DNA from: an uncultured bacterium
Lineage (GTDB): Bacteria; Zixibacteria; MSB-5A5; JAABVY01; JAHJOQ01
NCBI GenBank assembly: GCA_965369655.1
Contig: CBDUQR010000007.1
Location: forward strand, 17,031 to 81,030
DNA length: 64,000 nucleotides
Reading direction: 5' to 3'
Shown here: one piece after another, positions 11,201-20,450 of the stretch
Numbering within the stretch: the first letter of the stretch is position 1
Layout of the letters: every line of letters starts with the position of its first letter
Position numbers and translations under genes: made by a program
The notes under the pieces: generated by a model
Databases searched by the model: none
The model's input: the letters and a program-made list of their open reading frames with translations, nothing else
Told to the model about the DNA's origin: nothing

Positions 11201-11533
11201 CCGTGGATTGAGTTGCTCTATCCGCCTATGCATCCGTTTGAAGGAATGTCGATAGATCTCGCATTCGCGATCTATGGCTCGGATTGTCCGGCGATGATAG
11301 GCGATGCCAACAACTCCGGTTTTATTGATATCGATGATGTGGTCTATTTGATCAACTACATCTTCGGTGGAGGTCTTCCTCCAGCTCCATACGCGGTTGC
11401 ATCGGGTGACGCAGATTGCTCATGCTACGTGGATATCGATGATGTGGTTTACTTGATTAACTACATCTTCGGTGGCGGCCCACCGCCATGTACGTGCGCG
11501 CAATGGGTTGCTCTCTGCGGTCCGCTGCATTAG
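8297..11533 (+). CDS. Large secreted multidomain protein with duplicated beta domain, five Cys-rich repeats and C-terminal dockerin-like domain
   Basis: SD GGAGG then ATG 8297; signal peptide; two copies of ...LADD..C..TG....H.WGSW...WNDDAVW; EACC.PDG.C repeats; duplicated GDA..SG.IDIDDVVYLINYIFGGG at the end. Confidence 0.85.
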   Translation: MKKMFFIVLLLIVGALVVLATAAGVDKQVATSVTEGSSAQPMDSRAACTMNHTSLTIAGYFGSFTPGELNISYFNPADFCAAPIYPFEITDFSFTLYDPGGFVWPASLDVVVFDAPDSCAGPGTELCRIIGVMADEMTFKFPNVGTVTFPTPCCVNGPFYIGIEYTGGAEGSIPSICYDDTSPPDTCINWFFRPDGVWYEWYDIWTPPTPGYPMFWVDGETESANCVQECGWNPGDPYKMHFPQLPDEAGWDVNATQPLVLADDWMCSETGWVKDLHFWGSWKNGIEGQILTFVLSIHSDIPADPPQVPYSRPGETLWELYVEDFDFVPIDPPSMEGWYDPSTGEVIPNDHQAYFQYNICLDEADWFMQEQGTIYWVNISAIVADPTSTQWGWKSTLDHWNDDAVWAYWGELNWIDLWEPYVSNPITNDFFVAIDPTGTFVGGGGGGAYGAGWYFYEMEEWWNIWFYDHPLDPERYKVGTIEFDIHKMDPGLPGYFEIAVNWSTDLWDPGDSIPPLPPVDELLYIGRQTLFASEMYEGHYVFDYVIPDYNPEWVSVDVRGYNFDIPFGIITHECVGQQSLDLSFVITGGPEVEVEACCFPDGSCQNLTTTDCQNQGGSPMGPGTQCSPTEACCLPDNSCIDADPLCCALLGGTPQGPGTACVGALEACCLPDGSCTNADPICCINELGGVPQGQGTACSTPQRCCFPDGSCQNVDPFCCDDLGGTSYPGLCSAPEACCLPDGTCQDLDPSCCADLGGEPSPIGEPVCLGDINGNGVDDACELQGLKWFQPPDLDPTGMDVNATISLVVLADDYLCTQTGPITEIHIWGSWLNDMYPIGDPGAVIFTLSIHSDIPQGPDEWSIPGDILWMGQFEPGQFEFMLHQGGLLEGWFDPIQELYLPEGDTECWEYIFHLDAEPFIQQGTEQDPVIYWLDVQAQPLEEAYFGWKTSLTHWNDDAVWAAGFDPPMGPWIELLYPPMHPFEGMSIDLAFAIYGSDCPAMIGDANNSGFIDIDDVVYLINYIFGGGLPPAPYAVASGDADCSCYVDIDDVVYLINYIFGGGPPPCTCAQWVALCGPLH
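10079..10636 (+). repeat. Five intragenic Cys-rich tandem repeats (~33-36 aa each)
   Basis: EACCFPDGSCQ / EACCLPDNSCI / EACCLPDGSCT / QRCCFPDGSCQ / EACCLPDGTCQ. Confidence 0.9.
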
Positions 11534-11556
11534 CAGTTAGTGCCCGCATTCATTAG

Positions 11557-11587
11557 AAAAGCGTCGTCTTCGGACGGCGCTTTTCTT
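11557..11587 (+). terminator. Rho-independent terminator
   Basis: AAAA-GCGTCGTC-TTCG-GACGGCGC-TTTTCTT after the stop codon. Confidence 0.85.
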
Positions 11588-11676
11588 ATATCCGTATGTG
11601 CTATTAGAATTCTGTTGCGTTTTATCTGCGGTTGAGTAGATTATCAGAAAAACGGGAGAATCAGGAGGTTTGCTTA

Positions 11677-12426
11677 ATGTCCGGACATTCAAAATGGGCG
11701 ACAATTAAGCGCAAGAAGGGCAAGCTTGATGCCCAGCGCGGCAGGATATTCACCAAGCTGATAAAAGAGATTACGGTCGCTGCGCGCCAGGGTGGAGGCG
11801 ATCCGGAAAGCAATGCGAGATTGCGCACGGCTATTGCATCCGCGAAGGCTGCGAATATGCCGCAGGACAATATCAAGAAAGCGACTCAGAAAGGCACGGG
11901 TGAACTTCCGGGCGTTGCATATGACGAGGTTTCCTACGAAGGCTACGGTCCGGGCGGTGTGGCGATTTTGATGGAGGTTATGACCGACAACAAGAATCGC
12001 ACCGTTGCCGAGGTGAGGCATATTCTGAGCAAGCGTGGCGGGAATCTCGGCGAAACAGGATGCGTGAACTGGATGTTTGAGAAGAAGGGATTCATACAGG
12101 TCGAGACGAGTTCCGCAGACGAGGAGAAGGTCTTCGACATCGCAATCGAGTCCGGCGCGTCGGACATGTCAACCGAGGGAGATGTCTTCGCTATAACGAC
12201 CCCGCCGGATGCGTTCGAGCCTGTCCGTTCCGCGATTGAAAAGGCCGACATTCCGGTTGTCCATGCTGAAGTGACGATGGTTCCGCAGACGACTGTGCAA
12301 CTCGATGAGAGTAAGGCGTCATCGATGCTGAAGCTGATGGAAGAGCTCGAAGATTATGACGACATCCAGAATGTCTATGCCAATTTCGATATTGACGACG
12401 AGCTATTGGAGAAGCTGAGTGCCTGA
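11677..12426 (+). CDS. yebC: YebC/PmpR (TACO1) family protein
   Basis: [50 protein letters not shown]. Confidence 0.97.
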   Translation: MSGHSKWATIKRKKGKLDAQRGRIFTKLIKEITVAARQGGGDPESNARLRTAIASAKAANMPQDNIKKATQKGTGELPGVAYDEVSYEGYGPGGVAILMEVMTDNKNRTVAEVRHILSKRGGNLGETGCVNWMFEKKGFIQVETSSADEEKVFDIAIESGASDMSTEGDVFAITTPPDAFEPVRSAIEKADIPVVHAEVTMVPQTTVQLDESKASSMLKLMEELEDYDDIQNVYANFDIDDELLEKLSA

Positions 12427-12928
12427 TGAGGTGCGAATCCTCGGCATAGATCCTGCGCTTTCGACCACTGGGTATGGCGTCATTACGGCGAAGGACGACA
12501 CGTTCAGCGTAGTGGACTTGGGCGAGATCAGGACCAGTCGAAAAAATGATCTTGCGTACCGGTTGCACAAGATATACTCCGGTCTGAAAGAGTGCATTCT
12601 CAGGAACCGACCTGATATTGCGGTCCTCGAGGAGGGGTTCTATTCCAAGAATATCAAAATCGCTCTCGGTCTCGGACAGGCTCGCGGAGCCGCGATGGTC
12701 GCGTGCGCAGAATGCGGGATCGAGGTGCGAATGTACGCCGCGCGCGAGATCAAGCAGTCAGTGGTCGGCAGGGGATCGGCATCAAAAGAACAGGTCGCGT
12801 TCATGGTGAAGTCACTCCTCGGTGACAGTGAAGGCATGGACAGCTTTGATATAACCGATGCTTTGGGGGCTGCGATATGTGCGGCTCTCAGGCTCGATAC
12901 GGAGCGGGAAGATGTACGACTACGTTAG
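12419..12928 (+). CDS. ruvC: Crossover junction endodeoxyribonuclease RuvC
   Basis: RILGIDP...TGYG, LGQARG, IKQSVVG.G.ASKEQV, DITDAL. Confidence 0.95.
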   Translation: MPDEVRILGIDPALSTTGYGVITAKDDTFSVVDLGEIRTSRKNDLAYRLHKIYSGLKECILRNRPDIAVLEEGFYSKNIKIALGLGQARGAAMVACAECGIEVRMYAAREIKQSVVGRGSASKEQVAFMVKSLLGDSEGMDSFDITDALGAAICAALRLDTEREDVRLR

Positions 12929-13493
12929 CGGCAGACTTGCAGCCCGACGAGGGGCGAGCATTGTGATCGACGTCGGCGGCGTTGGCTACCTGATTACGGC
13001 GCCGGCATCGACCGCATCTATCCTGCCGGATATCGGCTCGCAGGTGAAGCTCCTCACTTACTTTCATGTCACAGAGAAGAACCAGCAGCTTTTCGGATTC
13101 GCCACGGATGCTGAGCGTGATATTTTTGTGAGTCTCATCGGTATCTCCGGAGTTGGTCCCAAGCTCGCGATAGCGGTCCTTTCCAAAATCAGCGCCGATG
13201 AGTTCTCCGATATACTTTCATCCGATGACGCGACGCTTCTGAAGGCTGTGCCGGGAGTAGGACAGAAGACTGCGCTCAGGATCATTATAGATCTCAGGAG
13301 TAAGCTGCCACAGCTTTCCAGATCGGCTGCAGAACCTGCAGTTGATGAAGATGTGCTCCTTGCGCTGCAATCGCTCGGCTATTCTCAGTATGATATGAAA
13401 AAAGTTATCGAGAAGCTGTCATCGAGAATCGGCGCAGACAAGCTCAGGGAACTCTCCACGGAGGAAGTAATCGCCGAAGTTCTGCGGGTCTGA
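12912..13493 (+). CDS. ruvA: Holliday junction branch migration protein RuvA
   Basis: IDVGGVGY, LFGF...ER..F..LI.ISGVGPKLA, VPGVGQKTA.RI, ALQSLGY. Confidence 0.95.
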   Translation: MYDYVSGRLAARRGASIVIDVGGVGYLITAPASTASILPDIGSQVKLLTYFHVTEKNQQLFGFATDAERDIFVSLIGISGVGPKLAIAVLSKISADEFSDILSSDDATLLKAVPGVGQKTALRIIIDLRSKLPQLSRSAAEPAVDEDVLLALQSLGYSQYDMKKVIEKLSSRIGADKLRELSTEEVIAEVLRV

Positions 13494-13582
13494 GCACAGG
13501 CTCAGGGCTGCAACACCTTTGTACTTGCCTGACCCAGTGGTTGCAAACCCAACGGGGCAGACAAAGAGAGTTTATCCTAAAA

Positions 13583-13726
13583 GTAGGTCGTGTTCCGAAC
13601 CCGAGGTACGAGGGTGAGAAACACGACAATTCTATCTTGTTGTAAGAGTGTCGGGTTTCTTGCAGGCTCCACCTGCTGCGGAACGCCGACCTACTTTGGG
13701 GCAGATGAGGACATCTGCCGCCCACA
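13583..13726. repeat. Inverted pair of GTAG-type REP elements (REPIN-like) plus a further REP hairpin
   Basis: 13583-13628 gtaggtcgtgttccg..gaaacacgaca faces 13649-13694 (reverse complement gtaggtcggcgttccg..gaaacccgaca); 13698-13726 ggggcagatgaggacatctgccgcccaca. Confidence 0.75.
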
Positions 13727-13734
13727 ATTGCATG

Positions 13735-13838
13735 CTGAGATCATCACGTCGCTGTCGCTCCTCTCCCTCGGGGATCGGGATCAGCGACCGAGTGATGACG
13801 ATGACACAGGCCCGTGCTTCAAAGGGGTTTTTCAATAG
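13735..13838. repeat. Dispersed repeat / MITE-like element, copy A
   Basis: ctgagatcatcacgtcgctgtcgctcctc...gtgatgacga...gggtttttcaa is homologous to 51673-51751. Confidence 0.7.
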
Positions 13839-14069
13839 AAACCTTAGCAACCTGATGAATATAGTACTGCAAAGATGAAACATCCTGATGATTATCCCGT
13901 CGAATTGATATGTGAACATGGAGTCGTATTCTGTTGTGTCATTGCTCTCAACTTCTTATCTTCGACACGTTTCGTGTGGCGTGCTGTTGCCAATTGAGTA
14001 TATTCGGCTAAATGGATTTGATAAGCAGAGATTAAAGAAATATAAACCGATTGGGGAGGAGGAACCCTG

Positions 14070-16019
14070 ATGATTCCGAACAGGCTAATGATGGTCGTCT
14101 TGTGTCTCGTGCTGGCCGTTGCGATCATAGCCGGATGCACGGAGCCTGCGCAGAAGGCGCAGTTGACGTCAACCGAGTTGATCCCGCGCGATGTGATCTT
14201 CGGCAATCCGTCGAAGGTCAGCCCGAGGCTGTCGCCGGATGGTACGATGATGTCATATCGCGCACCGGTGGATGACGTCATGAACGTGTGGGTTGGCAAT
14301 ATCGGCGAAGATTCCGTCTGGGTTGTCACGAGCGACACCCTTCGCGGGGTCAGTATGTACTTCTGGGCGCAGGACAACAAGCATATCATGTATCTGCAGG
14401 ATGTCGGAGGCAACGAGAATTTTCGCCTGTATGCGGTCAACATCAATACAGGAGAGACTCGCGATCTGACGCCGTTCGACGATGTTCAGGTGCGCATTAC
14501 CGACGTCGACAAGAATTTCCCGAACGAGATACTGATCTCAATGAACAAGGACAATCCGCAGCTTCACGATGTCCACCATCTTGACCTTACTTCGGGCGAG
14601 CTGAGGTTGGTGGCAAAGAATCCGGGCAATGTGCTTGGCTGGGTGACCGACGCCAACTTCAAGGTGCTCGGCTGTGTGATGACAAATGCCGAGGCCGGAT
14701 ATGATTTTATGATTCGTGAGACCGAGCAGTCGGATTGGAACATGCTGGTAAGCTGGGGGTCCGACGACGCTCTGGCAAGCGGACCGATGGGATTCACGAA
14801 GGATGGCAAATCAGTATACCTGATCGATTCGCGTGACGCCAATGCCGCCAGGCTCATGAAGATGAATATCGCATCCGGCGAACTCGAAATGATCGCCGAA
14901 GATCCTCAGTACGACGTCAGCAACGTAATTATACACCCGGATACCCGTGAAATCCAGGCGGTGGTGTTCACCAAGGATCGCAACGAGATTACGATACTTG
15001 ATGAGTCGGTCAGACCCGACTTCGACGCAATAGGCAATGTCCATCACGGCGACATGTTCATCAGCAGCAGAGACAACGCGGATGATACGTGGCTGATTGG
15101 CTTTGATGCCGACGATGGTCCGATTCCGTATTACTCCTACGACAGGGAGTCAAAGAAGGCGACCTTCCTGTTCAGTCACAGGCCTGAACTGGACGATTAC
15201 ACACTCTCAAAGATGAAGCCGTTTTCGCTTAAGGCTCGGGACGGCTTGACTGTGCATGGTTACCTGACATTCCCGCCCGGCTCTGACAGCATGAACCTTC
15301 CGATTGTGCTCAACGTTCATGGCGGACCGTGGTACCGCGATGCATGGGGATACAATCCCGAAGCCCAGTGGATAGCAAATCGGGGCTATGTCTGCATGCA
15401 GGTCAACTTCCGTGGCTCGACAGGTTACGGCAAGGAATTCCTGAATGCAGGCGACCGCGAGTGGGGCGGCAAGATGCACGACGATCTGATCGACGCTGTC
15501 AACTGGGCGATCGATCAGGGAATCGCCGACCCTCAGAAGATTGCAATCTATGGCGGTTCGTACGGTGGATATGCCGCGTTGGTTGGTGTGACATTCACAC
15601 CGGATGTCTTCTGTTGCGCGGTAGATATTGTCGGTCCGGCTAATCTGGTGTCATGGATTACATCGATCCCACCGTACTGGCAGACAATGAAGGATATTCT
15701 CTACAAGAGAATCGGTAATCCTGATACCGAAGAGGAATTCCTGAAATCCCGGTCGCCCTTGTATAAGGCTGACCAGATCAGGGTCCCGATGCTGATCGCT
15801 CAGGGCGCCAACGACCCACGTGTACCGGTGGCCGAATCTGAGCAGATCGTCGAGGCGCTGAAAGCCAACAATGTCGAGCATGAATACATGTTGTTCCCGG
15901 ACGAGGGTCACGGTTTCGCGCGGCCTGAGAATCGTCTGAAGTTCTATGCCGCAGCCGAGGAGTTTCTCGCGAAACATTTGGGTGGACGTTTCGAACCGGC
16001 AGCAGCCGAGACGAAATAG
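14070..16019 (+). CDS. S9 family peptidase (dipeptidyl aminopeptidase/acylaminoacyl peptidase), lipoprotein
   Basis: Lipobox IAGC; VHGGPW, NFRGSTGYG, GGSYGG nucleophile, GANDPRV, DEGHGF. Confidence 0.95.
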   Translation: MIPNRLMMVVLCLVLAVAIIAGCTEPAQKAQLTSTELIPRDVIFGNPSKVSPRLSPDGTMMSYRAPVDDVMNVWVGNIGEDSVWVVTSDTLRGVSMYFWAQDNKHIMYLQDVGGNENFRLYAVNINTGETRDLTPFDDVQVRITDVDKNFPNEILISMNKDNPQLHDVHHLDLTSGELRLVAKNPGNVLGWVTDANFKVLGCVMTNAEAGYDFMIRETEQSDWNMLVSWGSDDALASGPMGFTKDGKSVYLIDSRDANAARLMKMNIASGELEMIAEDPQYDVSNVIIHPDTREIQAVVFTKDRNEITILDESVRPDFDAIGNVHHGDMFISSRDNADDTWLIGFDADDGPIPYYSYDRESKKATFLFSHRPELDDYTLSKMKPFSLKARDGLTVHGYLTFPPGSDSMNLPIVLNVHGGPWYRDAWGYNPEAQWIANRGYVCMQVNFRGSTGYGKEFLNAGDREWGGKMHDDLIDAVNWAIDQGIADPQKIAIYGGSYGGYAALVGVTFTPDVFCCAVDIVGPANLVSWITSIPPYWQTMKDILYKRIGNPDTEEEFLKSRSPLYKADQIRVPMLIAQGANDPRVPVAESEQIVEALKANNVEHEYMLFPDEGHGFARPENRLKFYAAAEEFLAKHLGGRFEPAAAETK

Positions 16020-16047
16020 ACAATCTCGATGATATATGAGTTAGAAG

Positions 16048-16072
16048 AGAGGGCGCCCGATGGCGCCCTTTC
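16048..16072. terminator. Hairpin terminator between convergent genes
   Basis: AGGGCGCC-CGAT-GGCGCCCT-TT. Confidence 0.6.
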
Positions 16073-16173
16073 GCATGATGGACGCGCATTGCCATGCTCC
16101 GCGTCTAATACTATCATCGGAAGACGTCCTGAGCTTCGAAGGATCTGCCGTGCACATAATGTGATATTCGAGT

Positions 16174-16716
16174 TCATGCTTCGCTATCACCGGAGATTAT
16201 ATTCTCTACTGCCTCTTTCCGCTTGACTTCTTCCAGACAGAGCGAAAGACACAGTTTACATTCCCTTGTCGAATAACACGTGTTACTGCAATAATTTTCG
16301 AATCCCTTCAACCAGTCAGCGCCACTGCGAGGACACTTTTCCACAAACTCCATGAAATGAACAAAACGTTTAATAACCTCACCGGTTATCGCATGCTCCA
16401 TCTTGCAGGCTGTCTCATCCGCAAGTTCATCATCGACTAACAGGACCTTTGTCAGGAAATCCCGTAACGCTTCATGCCGCTTAATAACGTCTCTGGCAAT
16501 GGATTTTCCCCTCGGGGTCAGCGTTATGGATTCATACGGTGTGTAGTTGACCAGTTTCCTCTTGGCGAGAGAGTGAAGCGCGCCGGTGACGGAGGAGTAA
16601 TTCACTTTCAACCGTTTGGAAATATCCTTGACCCTGGCAACTTTTTTCTCCGAGATTAGATGAAAGATCGCTTCGAGATAATCTTCTAAACTCGCGCTTA
16701 ATGCATTCATCGCCAT
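16174..16716 (-). CDS. DtxR/MntR-family metal-dependent transcriptional regulator (start may instead be 16749 or 16710)
   Basis: LSASLEDYLEAI, ARVKDIS, ITLT..G...A..V..RH, ACKMEH; Cys-rich C-terminus. Confidence 0.92.
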   Translation of the reverse strand: MAMNALSASLEDYLEAIFHLISEKKVARVKDISKRLKVNYSSVTGALHSLAKRKLVNYTPYESITLTPRGKSIARDVIKRHEALRDFLTKVLLVDDELADETACKMEHAITGEVIKRFVHFMEFVEKCPRSGADWLKGFENYCSNTCYSTRECKLCLSLCLEEVKRKEAVENIISGDSEA

Positions 16717-16847
16717 CAATCCTGACTCTTGCTCAGCCCAATTCTGCATTATTATATTATAATGTATGCCAATACCCGATTCCCGGTCAAGTTCTATTGT
16801 GAGCTTTAGTGTCGTGTCCCGGATATATGTTCATATATTCTTTTGTA

Positions 16848-16896
16848 GTAGCACGGGCATCCTGCCCGTGAATCATGGGCAAGATGCCCATGCCAC
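16848..16896. repeat. GTAG-type REP palindrome
   Basis: gtagcacgggcatcctgcccgtg-aat-catgggcaagatgcccatgccac, near-perfect inverted repeat. Confidence 0.8.
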
Positions 16897-17125
16897 GATT
16901 TAATATGCCGCTTTTTATTGTGAATGGATTCCTGGGACATGATATTAGTTCCAAATAGCATAATGGGAGACGCAACACAGCGCTGCGCCTCCCTTGTAAG
17001 GAGAATGACTCATAACCGAATAGCAGTCATTCGAGTAACTATCTGTAGAATGCCTACAGATATTTTTGCATATTTGTCAACCCACACAAAACCGTATCCA
17101 TTAGAAGCTCCTCACAGCCTTCAGT

Positions 17126-18733
17126 TTATGGACAGAGTGTGCACGCATCCTCTGGGGGAGGACCGCCTGCAAAGATGTATTCAATCAGGTATACAACGTC
17201 GTCAATATCGATACCGCAACCGGTAACGCCGTTACCGTTGGCGTCTCCGCAGCAAATTTCCGGTATCGGTGCCGGTCCGCCAGCAAAGATGTAGTTAATC
17301 AGATAAACGACATCGTCAATATCGACACCGCCACTGCCGTCTGCGTCACCAGGTATGCATGTCGGCGGCTCGGAAATGTATATCTCGAGGTAAGGGCGAA
17401 AACCGGCAGGCCCTTCTTTTGAATAGAACTTACTGAACTTCTCGTTGTATTTTGCCTGAATGACCAGCCCGTAGTTAGTAACCCCACCAGTCAGCCAACC
17501 CTCAACACCCGATTGAATATCTATTCGATGCCAGTCATTTTCCGGACCGAATTCATAACTTAAAAATGAAGGGACTTCATGACCAATATGGAGATGCTCG
17601 TTCCAGGTGGCCTCACTCCAGTTCTGGGTTATGTAATAGAAATTGCAGTCTGTGTAGTAGTGATTTGGACAGCGGAACCATCGGTAGATGTTCAAGAAAG
17701 CGCTGTCGATCTCCATTTCTATGAAATCGCCAAGATCAAACCTCATCATTATACGCTCATGGTGAACTTGGCAGCCGGAATAATCTGCCGTCCATAATTC
17801 AGAGATAGGGTGGGGGGAAGAATGCCCGACTCCATCGTCAGGGTCGGAGTACATATCATCTGATGGCTCTATATGGCGACCGAAAGGTGGGCACGGGTCG
17901 TCCGTGCAATTCAACCCTTCAACCCAGTATCCGCCAAGGCAGTCACATGAGTCCCCTGTTATGCTGTCTTCACATGTCGGATCGAACGGATCGCCGTAGC
18001 AGCAACGACCGATCGGCGGGGAATCATCTGTAACAACGATATCATCGATGCCAAACAAGTTGGCGTCCGTACCGAGGTACTGGAAAGCGAGAGTGACGCT
18101 ATCACTGCCTGCGTAAGCACTGAGGTCAACAGAGGTCTCGTACCAGGTCATATTCGGGTGTGTAATATCATACGAATCCCATATCGAGTCATAGTCGGCA
18201 TGGTCAGTGCCACCGACTGTAGAGGCATAAATCTTGAACTCATGTTCATAATGGGAATTATCCTTAAAAAACCAGAATTCGAGTCTCAATAGGGAAGTGG
18301 CGCTCGAGACATACATCGGCGGCGTGAACAGCCACTCATCCTGTAAGGTTGCAGGAGGAGCTTGATCCCACGTTACCAGGGCACACTGTGTGCCTCCAGG
18401 ACCAGAAGGCGGAGCCGCGGGTGTGCCAAGGAACCAACCCCAGCCGGGATTGTAATTAGTTGTGTCCCAGCTTGCTGGTGGAAAGGTTGCCCCTTGAAAA
18501 TCTTCATCTAGAAAAATTGTGCGATACGACCGTTTGGCAGAAAGATGGTCGGGGCTGGAAATGATCTCATCCAGCCCTTTGTATTGATTCTCGGCTTTAG
18601 CCTCGTACTGAGCCCTGGTCGATATCAGGTCTTTCTCATTGTCGGCGCTACCAGCCGTATCAATCGCGTACGCCGTGGCGAATCCGCAGATTGCCACAGA
18701 CATAAGAATGAGAAACAGGTTTCTTATTAACAT
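17126..18733 (-). CDS. Secreted protein: choice-of-anchor-J/MAM-like domain, Cys repeat, DNRLRE-like domain, C-terminal dockerin-like domain
   Basis: Signal peptide; EDFQG.TFPP.W...QDEWL.TP...IDDI; MRFDL...IDSAFL...W.E.TWN...NYGL...FYSKE..RPYLEI; two DIDDVVYLI.YIFAGGP repeats. Confidence 0.8.
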   Translation of the reverse strand: MLIRNLFLILMSVAICGFATAYAIDTAGSADNEKDLISTRAQYEAKAENQYKGLDEIISSPDHLSAKRSYRTIFLDEDFQGATFPPASWDTTNYNPGWGWFLGTPAAPPSGPGGTQCALVTWDQAPPATLQDEWLFTPPMYVSSATSLLRLEFWFFKDNSHYEHEFKIYASTVGGTDHADYDSIWDSYDITHPNMTWYETSVDLSAYAGSDSVTLAFQYLGTDANLFGIDDIVVTDDSPPIGRCCYGDPFDPTCEDSITGDSCDCLGGYWVEGLNCTDDPCPPFGRHIEPSDDMYSDPDDGVGHSSPHPISELWTADYSGCQVHHERIMMRFDLGDFIEMEIDSAFLNIYRWFRCPNHYYTDCNFYYITQNWSEATWNEHLHIGHEVPSFLSYEFGPENDWHRIDIQSGVEGWLTGGVTNYGLVIQAKYNEKFSKFYSKEGPAGFRPYLEIYISEPPTCIPGDADGSGGVDIDDVVYLINYIFAGGPAPIPEICCGDANGNGVTGCGIDIDDVVYLIEYIFAGGPPPEDACTLCP

Positions 18734-18905
18734 TTCGAGTTCATTTCATAAGTCTGAAGTTATAAAATGTAACCCACAAAAGAACTTCTTCTTGCCATAT
18801 AATTCCTCCTGTGAAGCTTAGAGTTGATGATGATATTAAGTTAAACGTAGTCATTACTCTCTTTCATTGGTCAGGCCATATACTATACCACTGATCGTTC
18901 ACTCG

Positions 18906-20087
18906 CTAAATACCGGCCTGAATCCGTACGATCAGGCGATTCGCTGCTTGTTCCTTACTATAGGGAATTAAGCCACTCTTATTCTCATCAGGGAATGAAA
19001 GCGGGGTTTGGTATTCAATTCTCAGTTTTGAATCGTTAGGACCGATTCCGAGTGTGACACCGAGAGTCAAAAAGGAAAAAACATAGTCATCATCCAGATT
19101 CGCAGACTGATCCCACCATTGATACTGGATGTATGGCTGAATATATGAGAGTTGCGGCTGCCCGATATCAATGCGATAACCGCCTTCGACGAAACAGGCT
19201 CTCATCTCCGTATCTTCAAAAGGAACCTCGTGAACTACATACTCATAATCTTCTCCAGCGCTGCCCCCTCTTCCGGAATATGTTTTAACTTTCTCAGTGT
19301 AGCTGAAGCGATCCTTAAAGCCTTTCCCTATATAGTACTCTCCCCGCAGATGGACATTGAACTGATCGTAGTTACAGCCCAACCCCATTCTGTAGCCGTT
19401 ATAGACATTCTTTATTGCTCCTGAGTCGTTATACTTCGTTTCACTCCACTGCCAGTCGGTATAGAATCCGCCTACTGTGAGTCCCCGTAGAGGGGTGCGG
19501 AACTGGAATCCAAGATTAATATCGTGTTCATCCTCAAATGATCCTCCTGTGCCATTCATGTAAGCGAACTGGGTATGTATACCCATAGTTTCATCAATGT
19601 CATAGTCGGTTTCGATTACCGCTCCGGTCGGGTGACAAGGAGAGTACTTCTTGGCATAGACAGGCTTCTCAGAGGTTGTCAGATTTACACATCCCTCGTA
19701 CATTTCAAAACCGCGCAGGACATGGCCTTTCATAAAACCCATTTTCAGGTATGGAAGCGGCTTGTAATACACTCCAGCTTCCATAAGCATAATTCCCCCT
19801 CCTAAACACGACGCTGCGCCTATCTCTATATTGTACTCAATGTAATTGCCGAGTTCTCCTTCAGCTTCAATGACAGCGTGCCGTATAACATAAGCATTTT
19901 CAGCAGCCCTGGGCATAGCTATAACGTATGTCGAATCTCCTCCACTATATGCTTCCAGTTGTAGTACAACATCCGCGTGAATCTCCGGCGGAGTCAGTGT
20001 TGTTTTCTCCTCAGCGGAAACGATGCTGGTTATCAGCATCAGCATAATTGTTGAAATAGAAAAATGAAGTGCTTTTGCGTTGATCAT
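18906..20087 (-). CDS. Outer-membrane porin-like beta-barrel protein (OprO/P-like)
   Basis: SD GGAGGAG before ATG 20087; signal peptide; alternating beta strands, LRGEY, QPYIQYQ.WD, C-terminal strand RLIVRIQAGI. Confidence 0.7.
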   Translation of the reverse strand: MINAKALHFSISTIMLMLITSIVSAEEKTTLTPPEIHADVVLQLEAYSGGDSTYVIAMPRAAENAYVIRHAVIEAEGELGNYIEYNIEIGAASCLGGGIMLMEAGVYYKPLPYLKMGFMKGHVLRGFEMYEGCVNLTTSEKPVYAKKYSPCHPTGAVIETDYDIDETMGIHTQFAYMNGTGGSFEDEHDINLGFQFRTPLRGLTVGGFYTDWQWSETKYNDSGAIKNVYNGYRMGLGCNYDQFNVHLRGEYYIGKGFKDRFSYTEKVKTYSGRGGSAGEDYEYVVHEVPFEDTEMRACFVEGGYRIDIGQPQLSYIQPYIQYQWWDQSANLDDDYVFSFLTLGVTLGIGPNDSKLRIEYQTPLSFPDENKSGLIPYSKEQAANRLIVRIQAGI

Positions 20088-20167
20088 AATCTCCTCCCCT
20101 CTAAGTATTGCCTCAAACTTGCGTTTTGATATTTGGTTGGCTTCAAACGGACACCTCTCTTTCATAT

Positions 20168-20203
20168 TGTTCGGTATGCCAAACATATTTGGCATGCCGA
20201 ACA
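20168..20203. promoter_or_regulatory. Tandem pair of 18-bp palindromic operator boxes (putative DtxR-family sites)
   Basis: TGTTCGGTATGCCAAACA-TATTTGGCATGCCGAACA; each half and the whole 36-mer are near-palindromic. Confidence 0.7.
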
Positions 20204-20231
20204 TCTTATGCGAATGCGAACATCCTGTCAA
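20203..20231 (-). promoter_or_regulatory. Sigma70 promoter of the porin gene
   Basis: Minus strand TTGACA-N17-TAAGAT. Confidence 0.8.
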
Positions 20232-20450
20232 GACTTTTTGTGATCTATTTCGCAAAAATGCATTTGACAGTGTTTTCTTTTGGGAGAGAACAACTTACAG
20301 CAGACACTCAGCCCGGATGTTTTACCAGAACTGTGTGCGGTACACGGCGACAATAAGAACGGGAGCCGTTTCCACGACTCCCGAGTTTCTATTCCACAAT
20401 CCTGCGTATCTGGGCTAACAATCAGGGATTTGATCTCCGTCTGCGGGATT

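Noticed and set aside
20088..20255. N-terminal extension of the porin with MFGMPNMFGIPN repeat
   Set aside because: It is the translation of the tandem operator; strong SD and signal peptide start at 20087
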